Part shown: piece by piece, positions 1 to 8,379 of the stretch
How positions within the stretch are numbered: the stretch's first letter is position 1
Layout: each line of letters starts with the position of its first letter
DNA from: Candidatus Dadabacteria bacterium
GTDB taxonomy: Bacteria; Desulfobacterota_D; UBA1144; Nemesobacterales; CSP1-2
Assembly (NCBI GenBank): GCA_022615255.1
Contig: JAKEHC010000037.1
Span: 1-34,113 of the forward strand
Direction of reading: 5' to 3'
Length of the DNA: 34,113 nucleotides
Program-made: the position numbers and the translations under genes
The notes under the pieces: generated by a model
Databases searched by the model: none
What the model was told of the DNA's origin: nothing
Seen by the model: the letters and a program-made list of their open reading frames with translations, nothing else

Positions 1-743
1 CCCTCATACTTTCTGACGTCGCAGGCGACAGGCTTGACGCGATTGCTTCAGGTCCCACAGTCCCTGATCCCACAACATTTGAAGAGGCATGGCGCGTCAT
101 AGAGGAGCTCAGGCTTGAGCATAAAATCCCTCCTCAGGTGGTTATACACCTTGAAGAGGGAAGGGAGGGAAACGTTCCGGAAACGCTTAAAAGGGAGGAG
201 CTTAGAAGCGATCTGGTTCAAACTGTCATTGTAGGGAATAACCTTAAATCGCTTGTAGCGGCTGAGAGAAGGGCGAGAGAGCTCGGATACAATACGATTC
301 TCCTTTCTTCCCAGATACAGGGTGAATCAAGAGAGGTCGCAAAGGTGATAGCGGCGATTGCGCTCGATATAGAAAGGTCCGATATCCCGGTGAAAAAACC
401 CGCCTGCCTGATCTTCGGAGGGGAGACTACCGTAACCGTAACCGGAGAGGGGAGAGGGGGAAGAAACACGGAGACCTCCCTTGCATTCTCAATGGAAATA
501 ATGGGACATGAACAAATACTGGGTCTTTTCTGCGGCACCGACGGGATAGACGGTCCAACTGATGCGGCAGGGGCGATCTCGGATGGGACAACAAGATTAC
601 GCGCAAGGAAGATAAAGCTGAGCGCCAGGGAGTCGCTCAGTCAAAACGATTCTTACACATTCTTTGAGAGATTGGGAGACCTGATTAAAACAGGTTCAAC
701 CGGCACAAACGTCATGGACATCGGCGTTGTGTTAGTGGAATAG
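1..743 (+). CDS. Glycerate 2-kinase / hydroxypyruvate reductase family protein (MOFRL domain), C-terminal part. It is 5'-truncated by the window edge.
   Basis: The frame of the listed ORF (138..743) stays open back to nt 3 (LILSDVAGDRLDAIASGPTVPDPTTF...). Downstream motifs GGETTVTVTGEGRGGRNTE and GTDGIDGPTDAAGA are characteristic of the MOFRL glycerate kinase family. Stop codon TAG at 741-743. Confidence 0.85.
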   Translation, partial: LILSDVAGDRLDAIASGPTVPDPTTFEEAWRVIEELRLEHKIPPQVVIHLEEGREGNVPETLKREELRSDLVQTVIVGNNLKSLVAAERRARELGYNTILLSSQIQGESREVAKVIAAIALDIERSDIPVKKPACLIFGGETTVTVTGEGRGGRNTETSLAFSMEIMGHEQILGLFCGTDGIDGPTDAAGAISDGTTRLRARKIKLSARESLSQNDSYTFFERLGDLIKTGSTGTNVMDIGVVLVE

Positions 744-752
744 AAGTGGATT

Positions 753-781
753 GTAGAGACGACCCGCGGGGTGGTCTCTAC
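753..781. repeat. REP-like palindrome, GTAGAGAC subfamily (GTAGAGACGACCCGCGGGGTGGTCTCTAC)
   Basis: Self-complementary 29-mer with one internal mismatch. It lies in the 48-nt gap between the glycerate kinase stop and the phosphoesterase start, and shares its GTAGAGAC/GTCTCTAC termini with the copies at 10718, 23558 and 32447. Confidence 0.85.
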
Positions 782-791
782 TTTAGCGGAA

Positions 792-1514
792 ATGAGATAC
801 GCAATAATCTCTGATATCCATTCAAACCTCGAAGCCCTGAAAAGGGTGCTGGAAGAGATAGATAGACTCGGTGTTGATAAAACAGTCTGCCTTGGAGATA
901 TCGTAGGCTACGGGGGGAACCCGAATGAATGCGTAGAGGTAATCAAGGAAAGAAACGTAGAATCCATAATTGGAAATCACGATAAGGTCGCTTGCGGGAA
1001 AGAGGAGCCCTACAATTTCAACCCAGTGGCAAGAGCGGCAGCCCTCTGGACAAGAAAAGAGCTTACACCCGACAATAGAGAGTTTTTAAATAACCTCCCG
1101 GATACGAGATTCCTTGATGATTTTCTTATGGTTCACGGCGCTGTATCGGATCCTGATTTATACATAGTGTCATCATATGACGCCCTGATGGAATTCAGGC
1201 TGATGAAAAAAAATTCCGTTTGCTTTTTCGGTCATACACACGTGAGAACCTGCTACACTCTTTTAAACGATGATGTGAGACAGTCATTTGACCACGAGCT
1301 TAGGATAGAACCGGATTATAAATACCTGATAAATCCCGGAAGCGTAGGGCAGCCGAGGGATAGAGACCCTCGTGCCTCTTTCTTAATCTTTGATAAAAAA
1401 GAAGGGTCGGTGAAATTCATAAGGCTTGAATACGATATAGAGAAAGCCCAGAGAAAAATAATAGAAGCGGGGCTTGATAGAAGGCTCGCTGACAGATTGT
1501 CTAGCGGATGGTGA
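792..1514 (+). CDS. Metallophosphoesterase (calcineurin-like, YfcE/MJ0936-type)
   Basis: Motifs ISDIHSN, GDIVGYG, GNHD and GHTH appear in the canonical order. I prefer the ATG at 792 (MRYAIISDIH) to the GTG at 771, because 771 lies inside the upstream palindrome. Confidence 0.85.
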   Translation: MRYAIISDIHSNLEALKRVLEEIDRLGVDKTVCLGDIVGYGGNPNECVEVIKERNVESIIGNHDKVACGKEEPYNFNPVARAAALWTRKELTPDNREFLNNLPDTRFLDDFLMVHGAVSDPDLYIVSSYDALMEFRLMKKNSVCFFGHTHVRTCYTLLNDDVRQSFDHELRIEPDYKYLINPGSVGQPRDRDPRASFLIFDKKEGSVKFIRLEYDIEKAQRKIIEAGLDRRLADRLSSGW

Positions 1515-1670
1515 ATCTCCATTGCGATTAATCGGCTGGAGACTGCCTGCCCTGAGATTTTGAGCTTAATAACCTGACCTACGATTAAATCGATTCATAC
1601 TTTTAAATATTCACTATATTTAGTGTAAAATCTTGAAGGTTTGTCACCTTTGTATTAACTTTAAGATGCG

Positions 1671-3023
1671 ATGGCAATATCGTCAAAACCACTGCCACAA
1701 AATATAGATGCCGAGCAGGCTGTGCTGGGTGGCGTGCTTATAGAAGGCAGCGCTATAAACCAGATCCTAGAGATTCTAACGTCTGAGGATTTCTATAGGG
1801 AATCGCATAGAAAGATATTTGATGCAATGATTGAGCTTGATAAAGACAGCAAGCCCATAGATATACTCACCCTTTTTGATTACCTGAAATCACAGGGACA
1901 ACTTCTAGAAGAAGTAGGGGGGAGTAGCTACCTTACATACCTCACACAGGTTGTTCCTTCTACTGCAAACGTGGAATATTACGCAAGACTTGTAAAGGAA
2001 AAGTCTATCCTAAGGAAGCTTGTCATATCGGCAACGGACATTGCAATGCGGGGCTACGAAGAGGGCATAAACGCTGAGGAGGCTGTTGACCAAGCAGAGC
2101 AGGCAATACTTGATATCGCGCAGCACAAAGTAAAACCGAGCTTTTATGATAGCAGGGAGCTTTCGGCAAAAGCCCTTCAGATAATAGAAACCCTATATGA
2201 GAGAAAAGAGCTTATCACAGGCATCTCGACCGGGTTTGAAAAACTGGATCACATGACAGCCGGGCTCCAGCCAGCCGATCTAATAATAGTAGCGGCAAGG
2301 CCGGGTCTTGGTAAAACGTCTTTCTGCCTTAATATAGCCACACATGCCGCCATAGAGAGTAGAAGCCCTGTGGGAATATTTTCACTCGAGATGACAAAAG
2401 AACAGCTTATGCTGAGGATGCTTTCAAGCAGGGCAAAGGTAAACTATTCGAACGTAAGAAGTGGATGGATCAAAGACGAGGACCTGACGAAGCTCGTGCA
2501 TGCGGCTGATATCTTCGGCAAGGCAAAAATCTACGTTGATGATACCCCTGCGATCAGCGTGCTTGAGCTCCGTGCAAAAGCAAGAAGGCAGAAAAGAGAA
2601 AAAGGGCTTGAGCTCGTCATCATAGACTATCTTCAGCTCATGCGCGGAGGCGGAAAAGCCGAGACGAGAGAGCGCGAGATCGCTGAAATCTCAGGCTCAC
2701 TTAAAGCCCTTGCGAAGGAGCTCGGCATCCCGGTGATAGCCGTCTCACAGCTCAGCCGCCAGACAGAAGCGCGCGCCGATAAACGCCCTCAGCTCGCCGA
2801 CCTCCGTGAAAGCGGCGCACTGGAGCAGGACGCCGACGTGGTTATCTTCATACACAGAGCAGATGCATACAAAAAGAACGCTGATGAGAAGGACGGCATC
2901 GCCGAAATAATTATCGGAAAGCAAAGAAACGGTCCGACAGGGGTGGCGAAGCTTGTTTTTTTGGATAAGCTCGGCGTGCCGAGTTTTGAAAATCCTGCCG
3001 AAGAGTACGAAGGGATATTCTAA
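1671..3023 (+). CDS. dnaB: Replicative DNA helicase DnaB
   Basis: 450 aa. The N-terminal domain has NIDAEQAVLGGVL, Walker A is ARPGLGKTSF, and IIDYLQLM and SQLSR..E follow; the length is typical. Confidence 0.95.
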   Translation: MAISSKPLPQNIDAEQAVLGGVLIEGSAINQILEILTSEDFYRESHRKIFDAMIELDKDSKPIDILTLFDYLKSQGQLLEEVGGSSYLTYLTQVVPSTANVEYYARLVKEKSILRKLVISATDIAMRGYEEGINAEEAVDQAEQAILDIAQHKVKPSFYDSRELSAKALQIIETLYERKELITGISTGFEKLDHMTAGLQPADLIIVAARPGLGKTSFCLNIATHAAIESRSPVGIFSLEMTKEQLMLRMLSSRAKVNYSNVRSGWIKDEDLTKLVHAADIFGKAKIYVDDTPAISVLELRAKARRQKREKGLELVIIDYLQLMRGGGKAETREREIAEISGSLKALAKELGIPVIAVSQLSRQTEARADKRPQLADLRESGALEQDADVVIFIHRADAYKKNADEKDGIAEIIIGKQRNGPTGVAKLVFLDKLGVPSFENPAEEYEGIF

Positions 3024-3112
3024 CCCAAATAATGCGTGAGAGAATAGCAAAGTAAAAAATTTCGTGCATAATATGGTATTATATTTTTTACCGAGATTAT
3101 AAGGAGGAGACA

Positions 3113-3592
3113 ATGAATACATCACGTCGAATAATAGCGTTAATCGTGGCAGTCGGGATGAGCTTGATGGGTTGGACCTTTGCGCAAGCACAAGAGGCTG
3201 AGCATATCATGCTCAAACCGGGTGATATAAAGTGGACTGACGCACCGCCGTCGATGCCGCCTGGCGCGCAAGTCGCTGTGATTGAAGGGGACTTGAAAAA
3301 AGCTGAGCCCTTCACGTTCCGCCTTAAACTTCCCGCTAAGTACACGATAGCACCGCACACACATCCTACTATAGAACACGTGACTGTGATCTCCGGAACC
3401 TTCTATATGGGAGCAGGGGATAAAATTGATAAGGATAAAGCCGTAGCCTTGACTCCCGGAAGTTTCGCAGTGTTTCAACCGGGGCACAGCATGTTCACCT
3501 GGACTCAGGAGGAAACCGTAGTTCAAGTGTATGGGGTTGGTCCGTGGGGGATAAATTACATTAACCCGGCTGACGATCCAAGGAAGAAATAA
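3113..3592 (+). CDS. Secreted cupin-domain protein
   Basis: A strong SD (AAGGAGGAG) sits 6 nt upstream of the ATG. There is an N-terminal signal peptide (IALIVAVGMSLMGWTFAQA) and a cupin motif (HTHPTIEHVTVISGTFY). The antisense ORF 3140..3595 has no motifs. Confidence 0.8.
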   Translation: MNTSRRIIALIVAVGMSLMGWTFAQAQEAEHIMLKPGDIKWTDAPPSMPPGAQVAVIEGDLKKAEPFTFRLKLPAKYTIAPHTHPTIEHVTVISGTFYMGAGDKIDKDKAVALTPGSFAVFQPGHSMFTWTQEETVVQVYGVGPWGINYINPADDPRKK

Positions 3593-3620
3593 CAAGTTAA
3601 AGTAAGCATTTCCGTTGCAA

Positions 3621-3646
3621 CCTGGGAATGAAGCCCGGGCAATTTT
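3621..3646 (+). terminator. Possible weak intrinsic terminator after the cupin gene
   Basis: Hairpin CCTGGG-aatgaag-CCCGGG (one G.U pair) followed by CAATTTT, in a convergent gap. Confidence 0.3.
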
Positions 3647-3703
3647 AAGGTTTAGTTTCCTTACGCCAAATACGATGTAACCCCAATGGCTTATTCGAAG
3701 CGG

Positions 3704-4525
3704 TTAACCTCTTTTAATCAGCGCCTCATTCATACTTCCGCTTCTGTACCCATCTATATCAATCGTGACGTAAGTAAAACCGAGTTCCTTCAAGCGTCTA
3801 GAAATCTTCTCTCTTAGATCGCGGCTCAGAATCCTTTCAAACTCGCTTTCATCAACTTCAATCCTAGCAATCTTTTCATGGTACCTAACCCGAAATTGTC
3901 TTAGCCCCAGTTGCCTTAAAAATAGCTCGGAGAGGGCGATAGTTTTGAGCCTATCCTCCGTGACTTCAGTGCCATAAGGGATTCTCGAGGAAAGACATGC
4001 CATCTGGGGTTTATCCCATGTGGAAAGCCCCATACTTCGGCTCAAATAACGAATCTCTTCTTTATTAAGCCCTGCCTCAAGAAGAGGCGCCCTCGCTCCC
4101 ATTTCCTTTGCGGCATCCATGCCCGGTCTAAAATCTCCGAGATCGGAAAGGGTAGCGCCGTAGACTACATTCCTGATTCTTAGCTCGTTTGCCTTTGCGA
4201 AACAGATATTGAAAAGCTCCGTCTTACAAAAAAAGCATCTTTTAGGGGAATTCTCCTGATACCCGGGAATATCGAGCTCATTAGAGCTTTCGGTGATAAG
4301 CCTTGCGCCTATGTTTTTTGCAAGCTCCCTCGCCTCCTCAAGCTCGAAGGCGGGATAGGAAGGGGAAATTGCAGTGAGGGCTACTGCATTTTCACCAAGC
4401 ACGTCGTATGAGATTTTGAGCAGGAAGGTGCTGTCAACCCCGCCTGAGAAGGCGACTATAACGGAGTCTAAACCCTTTATTATCTCTTTTAACCTATCTA
4501 GCTTTCCTTCGATCTCATTTTTCAT
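3704..4525 (-). CDS. PP-loop ATP pyrophosphatase, LarE-like (TIGR00268 family) sulfur transferase
   Basis: PP-loop SGGVDSTFLL near the N-terminus and a conserved Cys context (MACLSSRIPYG). I prefer the ATG at 4525 (MKNEIEG) to the TTG at 4546. Confidence 0.8.
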   Translation of the reverse strand: MKNEIEGKLDRLKEIIKGLDSVIVAFSGGVDSTFLLKISYDVLGENAVALTAISPSYPAFELEEARELAKNIGARLITESSNELDIPGYQENSPKRCFFCKTELFNICFAKANELRIRNVVYGATLSDLGDFRPGMDAAKEMGARAPLLEAGLNKEEIRYLSRSMGLSTWDKPQMACLSSRIPYGTEVTEDRLKTIALSELFLRQLGLRQFRVRYHEKIARIEVDESEFERILSRDLREKISRRLKELGFTYVTIDIDGYRSGSMNEALIKRG

Positions 4526-4584
4526 TTGTAACCTAATTCTAAACAAATCAAGATAATATGTCCATAAAACTGGGAAATGGTAAT

Positions 4585-4644
4585 GTAGCGGCGACCTTCA
4601 GGTCGCCATGAAGAAAAATGTGGAAGGCTAAAGCCTTCCGCTAC
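4585..4644. repeat. Composite or tandem pair of REP-like palindromes
   Basis: Hairpin GGCGACC-ttca-GGTCGCC (4590-4607) and hairpin GGAAGGC-taaa-GCCTTCC (4622-4639) are bracketed by complementary outer termini GTAGCGG (4585-4591) and CCGCTAC (4638-4644). Confidence 0.8.
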
Positions 4645-4800
4645 ATAAAGGTCACATTTTCCCTATGTTTTATCCAAAGTTATGAATTTTGTTAGACATC
4701 AACTCGTCATGCAATGCAAGCTATTATGGCGCTTCAAAATAATAAAAACGTATACGTTTGACACCCATATGCCACTCATGTGAAACTTATCTTAGTGGAG

Positions 4801-6246
4801 ATGAACAAATCTATAATCACCAAAAAACTCGAGGCTATTGTTGGGAAAGGAAATGTTCTATCCCAGGAAGAAGATACTATTGTTTATGAGCAGGACGCGT
4901 TTGTCATGAGGGCGACTCCAGATTTTGTGGTTTTTCCATCTGGAACCTCGGACGTCTCAGAGATAGTAAAACTGGCGAATAGAGAAGGAATACCAATCGT
5001 CCCACGAGGTGCAGGGACTGGAATAAGCGGGGGCGCAATCCCGGTATCGGGCGGGATTATGATCTCACTTACAAAGATGAATAAGATCCTTGAGATAGAT
5101 ATAAAAAACCGTCTTGCAGTTGTTGAGCCGGGGGTGGTGAATCTAGAGCTTACTAAAGCGGTGTCCCCATATGACCTTTTTTATGCACCTGACCCTTCAA
5201 GCCAGATGGTATGCACGCTCGGGGGAAACGTCGCAGAAAACGCAGGCGGTATACACTGCGTCGCATACGGTGTTACAACAAACCATGTATTGGGGCTTCA
5301 GGTAGTTCTGCCTGACGGCGAGGTTGTAGAGCTTGGAGGAAAGTCAATTGATCCCACAGGATTTGACCTAGTTGGAATAATGGTAGGCTCAGAAGGCACG
5401 CTCGGAATAGTAACAAAGATAATACTAAGGCTTATGAGGCGAGCAGAAGCCGTGGGAACGATGATCGCCATCTTTGACAGCATTGACGACGCTGGAAAGA
5501 CTGTGGCGGATGTTATAGGTAACGGAATAACACCTACCGCGCTTGAGATGATGGATGCTCTCTCTATCCGCGCTGTCGAGGAAACTATCCATGCAGGCTA
5601 TCCCCTTGACGCCGAGGCTGTGCTTCTCATAGAGCTCGAAGGGCTCAAGGAAACGCTCAAGAGGGCTTTTCCATTGATAAGGGATTTGTGCTTCAGGAAC
5701 AGCGCTCGAGATGTTAGAATTGCAGAGACAGAAAATGAAAGGGAGCTTCTCTGGAAGGGGAGAAAAAGCGTTGCGGGCGCAATAGGCAAAATAGCGCCGA
5801 ATCATTACACTCAGGATGGAGTAGTTCCGCGTCCGAAGCTCCCGGAGGTGCTGAGAAAGGTTATAGAGATCGGAAAGAACCGTTCGCTTCTTATCGCCAA
5901 CGTGGCACACGCAGGGGACGGCAACCTTCATCCATTAATACTCTTTGATCCGAGACACCCAGGCGAGCTCGAACGGGTTATCGAAGCAGGGGGGGAGATA
6001 TTAAAGCTTTGTGTAGACGCAGGAGGGACAATCACCGGCGAGCACGGGGTAGGGATAGAGAAGAATAAATACATGAGCTTGCTTTTCAGCGAGGATGATA
6101 TTAAGGCTATGGAGAAAATCAAGGATACATTTGACCCAAAGGGGCTATTTAACCCTGGAAAGATCTTTCCAACCCCTAAGGGATGCAGAGAACTAAGAGT
6201 CCGTCCTATCGGTGCCGGAGACGTTCAAAAGGACATCTGGATTTAA
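4801..6246 (+). CDS. FAD-linked oxidase, GlcD-like (glycolate/D-lactate dehydrogenase family)
   Basis: FAD-binding PCMH-type N-terminal domain (PRGAGTGISGGAIP) and C-terminal GEHGVGIEK. The start is ambiguous between the GTG at 4780 and the ATG at 4801. Confidence 0.85.
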   Translation: MNKSIITKKLEAIVGKGNVLSQEEDTIVYEQDAFVMRATPDFVVFPSGTSDVSEIVKLANREGIPIVPRGAGTGISGGAIPVSGGIMISLTKMNKILEIDIKNRLAVVEPGVVNLELTKAVSPYDLFYAPDPSSQMVCTLGGNVAENAGGIHCVAYGVTTNHVLGLQVVLPDGEVVELGGKSIDPTGFDLVGIMVGSEGTLGIVTKIILRLMRRAEAVGTMIAIFDSIDDAGKTVADVIGNGITPTALEMMDALSIRAVEETIHAGYPLDAEAVLLIELEGLKETLKRAFPLIRDLCFRNSARDVRIAETENERELLWKGRKSVAGAIGKIAPNHYTQDGVVPRPKLPEVLRKVIEIGKNRSLLIANVAHAGDGNLHPLILFDPRHPGELERVIEAGGEILKLCVDAGGTITGEHGVGIEKNKYMSLLFSEDDIKAMEKIKDTFDPKGLFNPGKIFPTPKGCRELRVRPIGAGDVQKDIWI

Positions 6247-6293
6247 AAAATACCGATAGATTCCAGTTAATTTTTTGAATCAATAAACTTGAC

Positions 6294-7121
6294 TCACGTA
6301 TTAACAGCTTTTTCAATACGACTTGCTCCGCACTGATGACCAAGGGGCATTACAATAAGTTTCTTCATCCAAACATCCTCAATTTTAGGATAGTCTTTGA
6401 GTCCATAAATAATTTTCTCATGTTCGGTGAGTTCGGTATATGTACCAAAGAGCCTATCCCAAATTGAGAATAGGTTTGAGTAATTAGAGTTTGTTTCCTT
6501 TAACTTATCGGAGTGGTGGATGTGGTGCATATCCGGGGTAACAAATAATAATCGGGTGATCGATTCCCAGGGTTCTGGAATCCTTATGTTAGCATGCTGA
6601 AATTGGGCGGCTAATCCAAGAGCTGCTTCATGAACAGCTAGGGCTATCGCACTTGGTCCCCATAACAGACCAACAACCATTTTGAAAGCAGATGAAAGTG
6701 CAACCTCAGATAGATGAAATCTGGAAGCACTCGTCACATCGACATCCAAATCGCTATGATGCACACGGTGCAAACGCCACAAAAAGGGTATTCTATGATA
6801 AGCCATGTGCCAGATATATGTCACGAAATCAAGGAAAATCAATGAAAGGATGATATCTGTCCAAGCACCCAGATGAAAAAAGTTTAATAACCCTATGCCG
6901 TGTTTAGCCAATGCTTCATAGTAGGCAACTATAAAGCTGCCTACTGTTATATACATGATTAAACCATTACTGACTCCAATGGATATGTTTCTGATATAAT
7001 GTTTTATTCTAGATTCTAGAGGCTTTCGAAATTGGAAGAAAATTTCAAGGGCACCGAATATAGCTAATCCTCCAAAAGCAACTAAGAACCTCCAGAATCC
7101 TGTTTCAATGGCGATTTCCAT
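6294..7121 (-). CDS. Fatty acid hydroxylase / sterol desaturase family membrane protein
   Basis: Three histidine boxes (HMAYH, HRVHH, HHIHH) and several hydrophobic helices. The ATG at 7121 is preceded by GGAGA; the listed ORF begins at a TTG at 7142. Confidence 0.85.
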   Translation of the reverse strand: MEIAIETGFWRFLVAFGGLAIFGALEIFFQFRKPLESRIKHYIRNISIGVSNGLIMYITVGSFIVAYYEALAKHGIGLLNFFHLGAWTDIILSLIFLDFVTYIWHMAYHRIPFLWRLHRVHHSDLDVDVTSASRFHLSEVALSSAFKMVVGLLWGPSAIALAVHEAALGLAAQFQHANIRIPEPWESITRLLFVTPDMHHIHHSDKLKETNSNYSNLFSIWDRLFGTYTELTEHEKIIYGLKDYPKIEDVWMKKLIVMPLGHQCGASRIEKAVNT

Positions 7122-7209
7122 CTTATTATCTCCAACTATCAATGGGCATGGCGTACTCTACTCTTCGAAGCATACAATCGGCTGCGAGACAAAACTTTAT
7201 CCCTTCATA

Positions 7210-7875
7210 CTACTTCTCTTTTTGTGAAGAAATTACTATAAACCCTCCTTCTCCATAACCCTCTTTTATTGGCTCAATAGCGCGTATCTTTTCCGGATTT
7301 TTTAAGATTGTCTGACGTAACTTGATATTCTTATGCTCCATCCTTCTTAGCCATTCTACAACTTCGTTTACAGAGTAAAAACGAGCATATCGATGAAATT
7401 TGCTTTTATTCTTTTTGGATTCATAAATCCTACCCACAGTACTTTTCTTGTCTATCATTCCAATAATCATATACCCACGAGATTTAAGAACCCTCTTTGC
7501 TTCTTGCAGTCCTTTTATCGGATTCCGGAGAAAGCATATGGTTGTTACCATTAATACAAAATCGAAAGAGGCGTCATCGAAAGGAAGGTCTTCTGCCTTT
7601 GCCTTAACGACCTCTATGCCCCGCTTTCGCGCTATTCCTGACATCGCTTCTGCTGGCTCCACCCCTAGCTTTATACCAAGAGGAAGTGCAAATCTCCCAC
7701 TGCCTACACCTACTTCTAAACCTTTACCTTTTTTCGGAAGGAATTTTCGTAACGCCAGAACTTCTGACTCGTAAACAAACCGATTTTCATCAAACCACTT
7801 ATCGTATTCCTGAGCCAGTTCATCAAAGATTTGGATTCTTTTATCCCAATTATCATGTTTTAAAACCATTTCCAT
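7210..7875 (-). CDS. Class I SAM-dependent methyltransferase (Methyltransf_11-like)
   Basis: Motif I is LEVGVGSGRF, followed by an acidic post-I residue and FDFVLM. The start is uncertain (GTG 7884, ATG 7875 or ATG 7869). Confidence 0.8.
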   Translation of the reverse strand: MEMVLKHDNWDKRIQIFDELAQEYDKWFDENRFVYESEVLALRKFLPKKGKGLEVGVGSGRFALPLGIKLGVEPAEAMSGIARKRGIEVVKAKAEDLPFDDASFDFVLMVTTICFLRNPIKGLQEAKRVLKSRGYMIIGMIDKKSTVGRIYESKKNKSKFHRYARFYSVNEVVEWLRRMEHKNIKLRQTILKNPEKIRAIEPIKEGYGEGGFIVISSQKEK

Positions 7876-7929
7876 AGCCACCACTTTTCAAATAGAACCG
7901 CCATTCAGCATATATCTCTCGCCACAATA

Positions 7930-8262
7930 TTATTTTCTAGCTCTTTGAATTAAAGTTCCTTCTCTTGATATCCGTTCAAATAAAATCTTCCTAAGGATGT
8001 CGAAGGCTTTAAGCATCTTCGGGTTTGTAAGCCTATAATAAACATGATTCCCCTCCTTCCTTATGTCTAGAATGCCCCGCTCTTTCATCATGATTAGATG
8101 CTGTGACAAGTTTCCTATAGAAACGCTTAACCTCTTTGAAAGCTCGCCAACGCCCATCTCTCCCTCGCGAAGGGTATTTATGACCTCAAGCCTCTTTGGG
8201 TTAGAAAGAACCTTACACATCGAGGCATGCAGTTCGTAGATCCGCCTTTCTATCTTTTCCAT
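7930..8262 (-). CDS. ArsR/SmtB family transcriptional regulator
   Basis: Winged-HTH signature LSNPKRLEVINTL...GELSKRLSVSIGNLSQHLIMMKERGIL. The ATG at 8262 has an SD-like GGAGAGAAGGGA upstream; the alternative ATG at 8280 has none. Confidence 0.85.
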   Translation of the reverse strand: MEKIERRIYELHASMCKVLSNPKRLEVINTLREGEMGVGELSKRLSVSIGNLSQHLIMMKERGILDIRKEGNHVYYRLTNPKMLKAFDILRKILFERISREGTLIQRARK

Positions 8263-8286
8263 TTTGTCCCTTCTCTCCATACTAAG

Positions 8287-8337
8287 GTATTATAGAATTC
8301 TCTATAATACTATATCATAAGAATTCAAAAGTATCAA
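8287..8337 (-). promoter_or_regulatory. Sigma70-type promoter plus palindromic operator of the ArsR-led operon
   Basis: On the minus strand the promoter reads TTGATA (8337-8332), a 17-nt spacer, then TATAGT (8314-8309). Immediately downstream, overlapping the -10 element, is a perfect 10-4-10 inverted repeat GTATTATAGA-attc-TCTATAATAC (8287-8310). Confidence 0.7.
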
Positions 8338-8379
8338 TTTTGTAACAAGTTATTAAAATAGAAAAATGCTGAATTGGGT

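Noticed and set aside
1515-1670. The region upstream of dnaB, examined for DnaA boxes or an origin-like structure
   Set aside because: No TTATCCACA-like 9-mers or AT-rich 13-mer repeats were seen, only an ordinary AT-rich leader.
3140-3595. 151-aa minus-strand ORF
   Set aside because: It is antisense to the cupin gene, which has a strong SD, a signal peptide and a cupin motif. The antisense frame has none of these.
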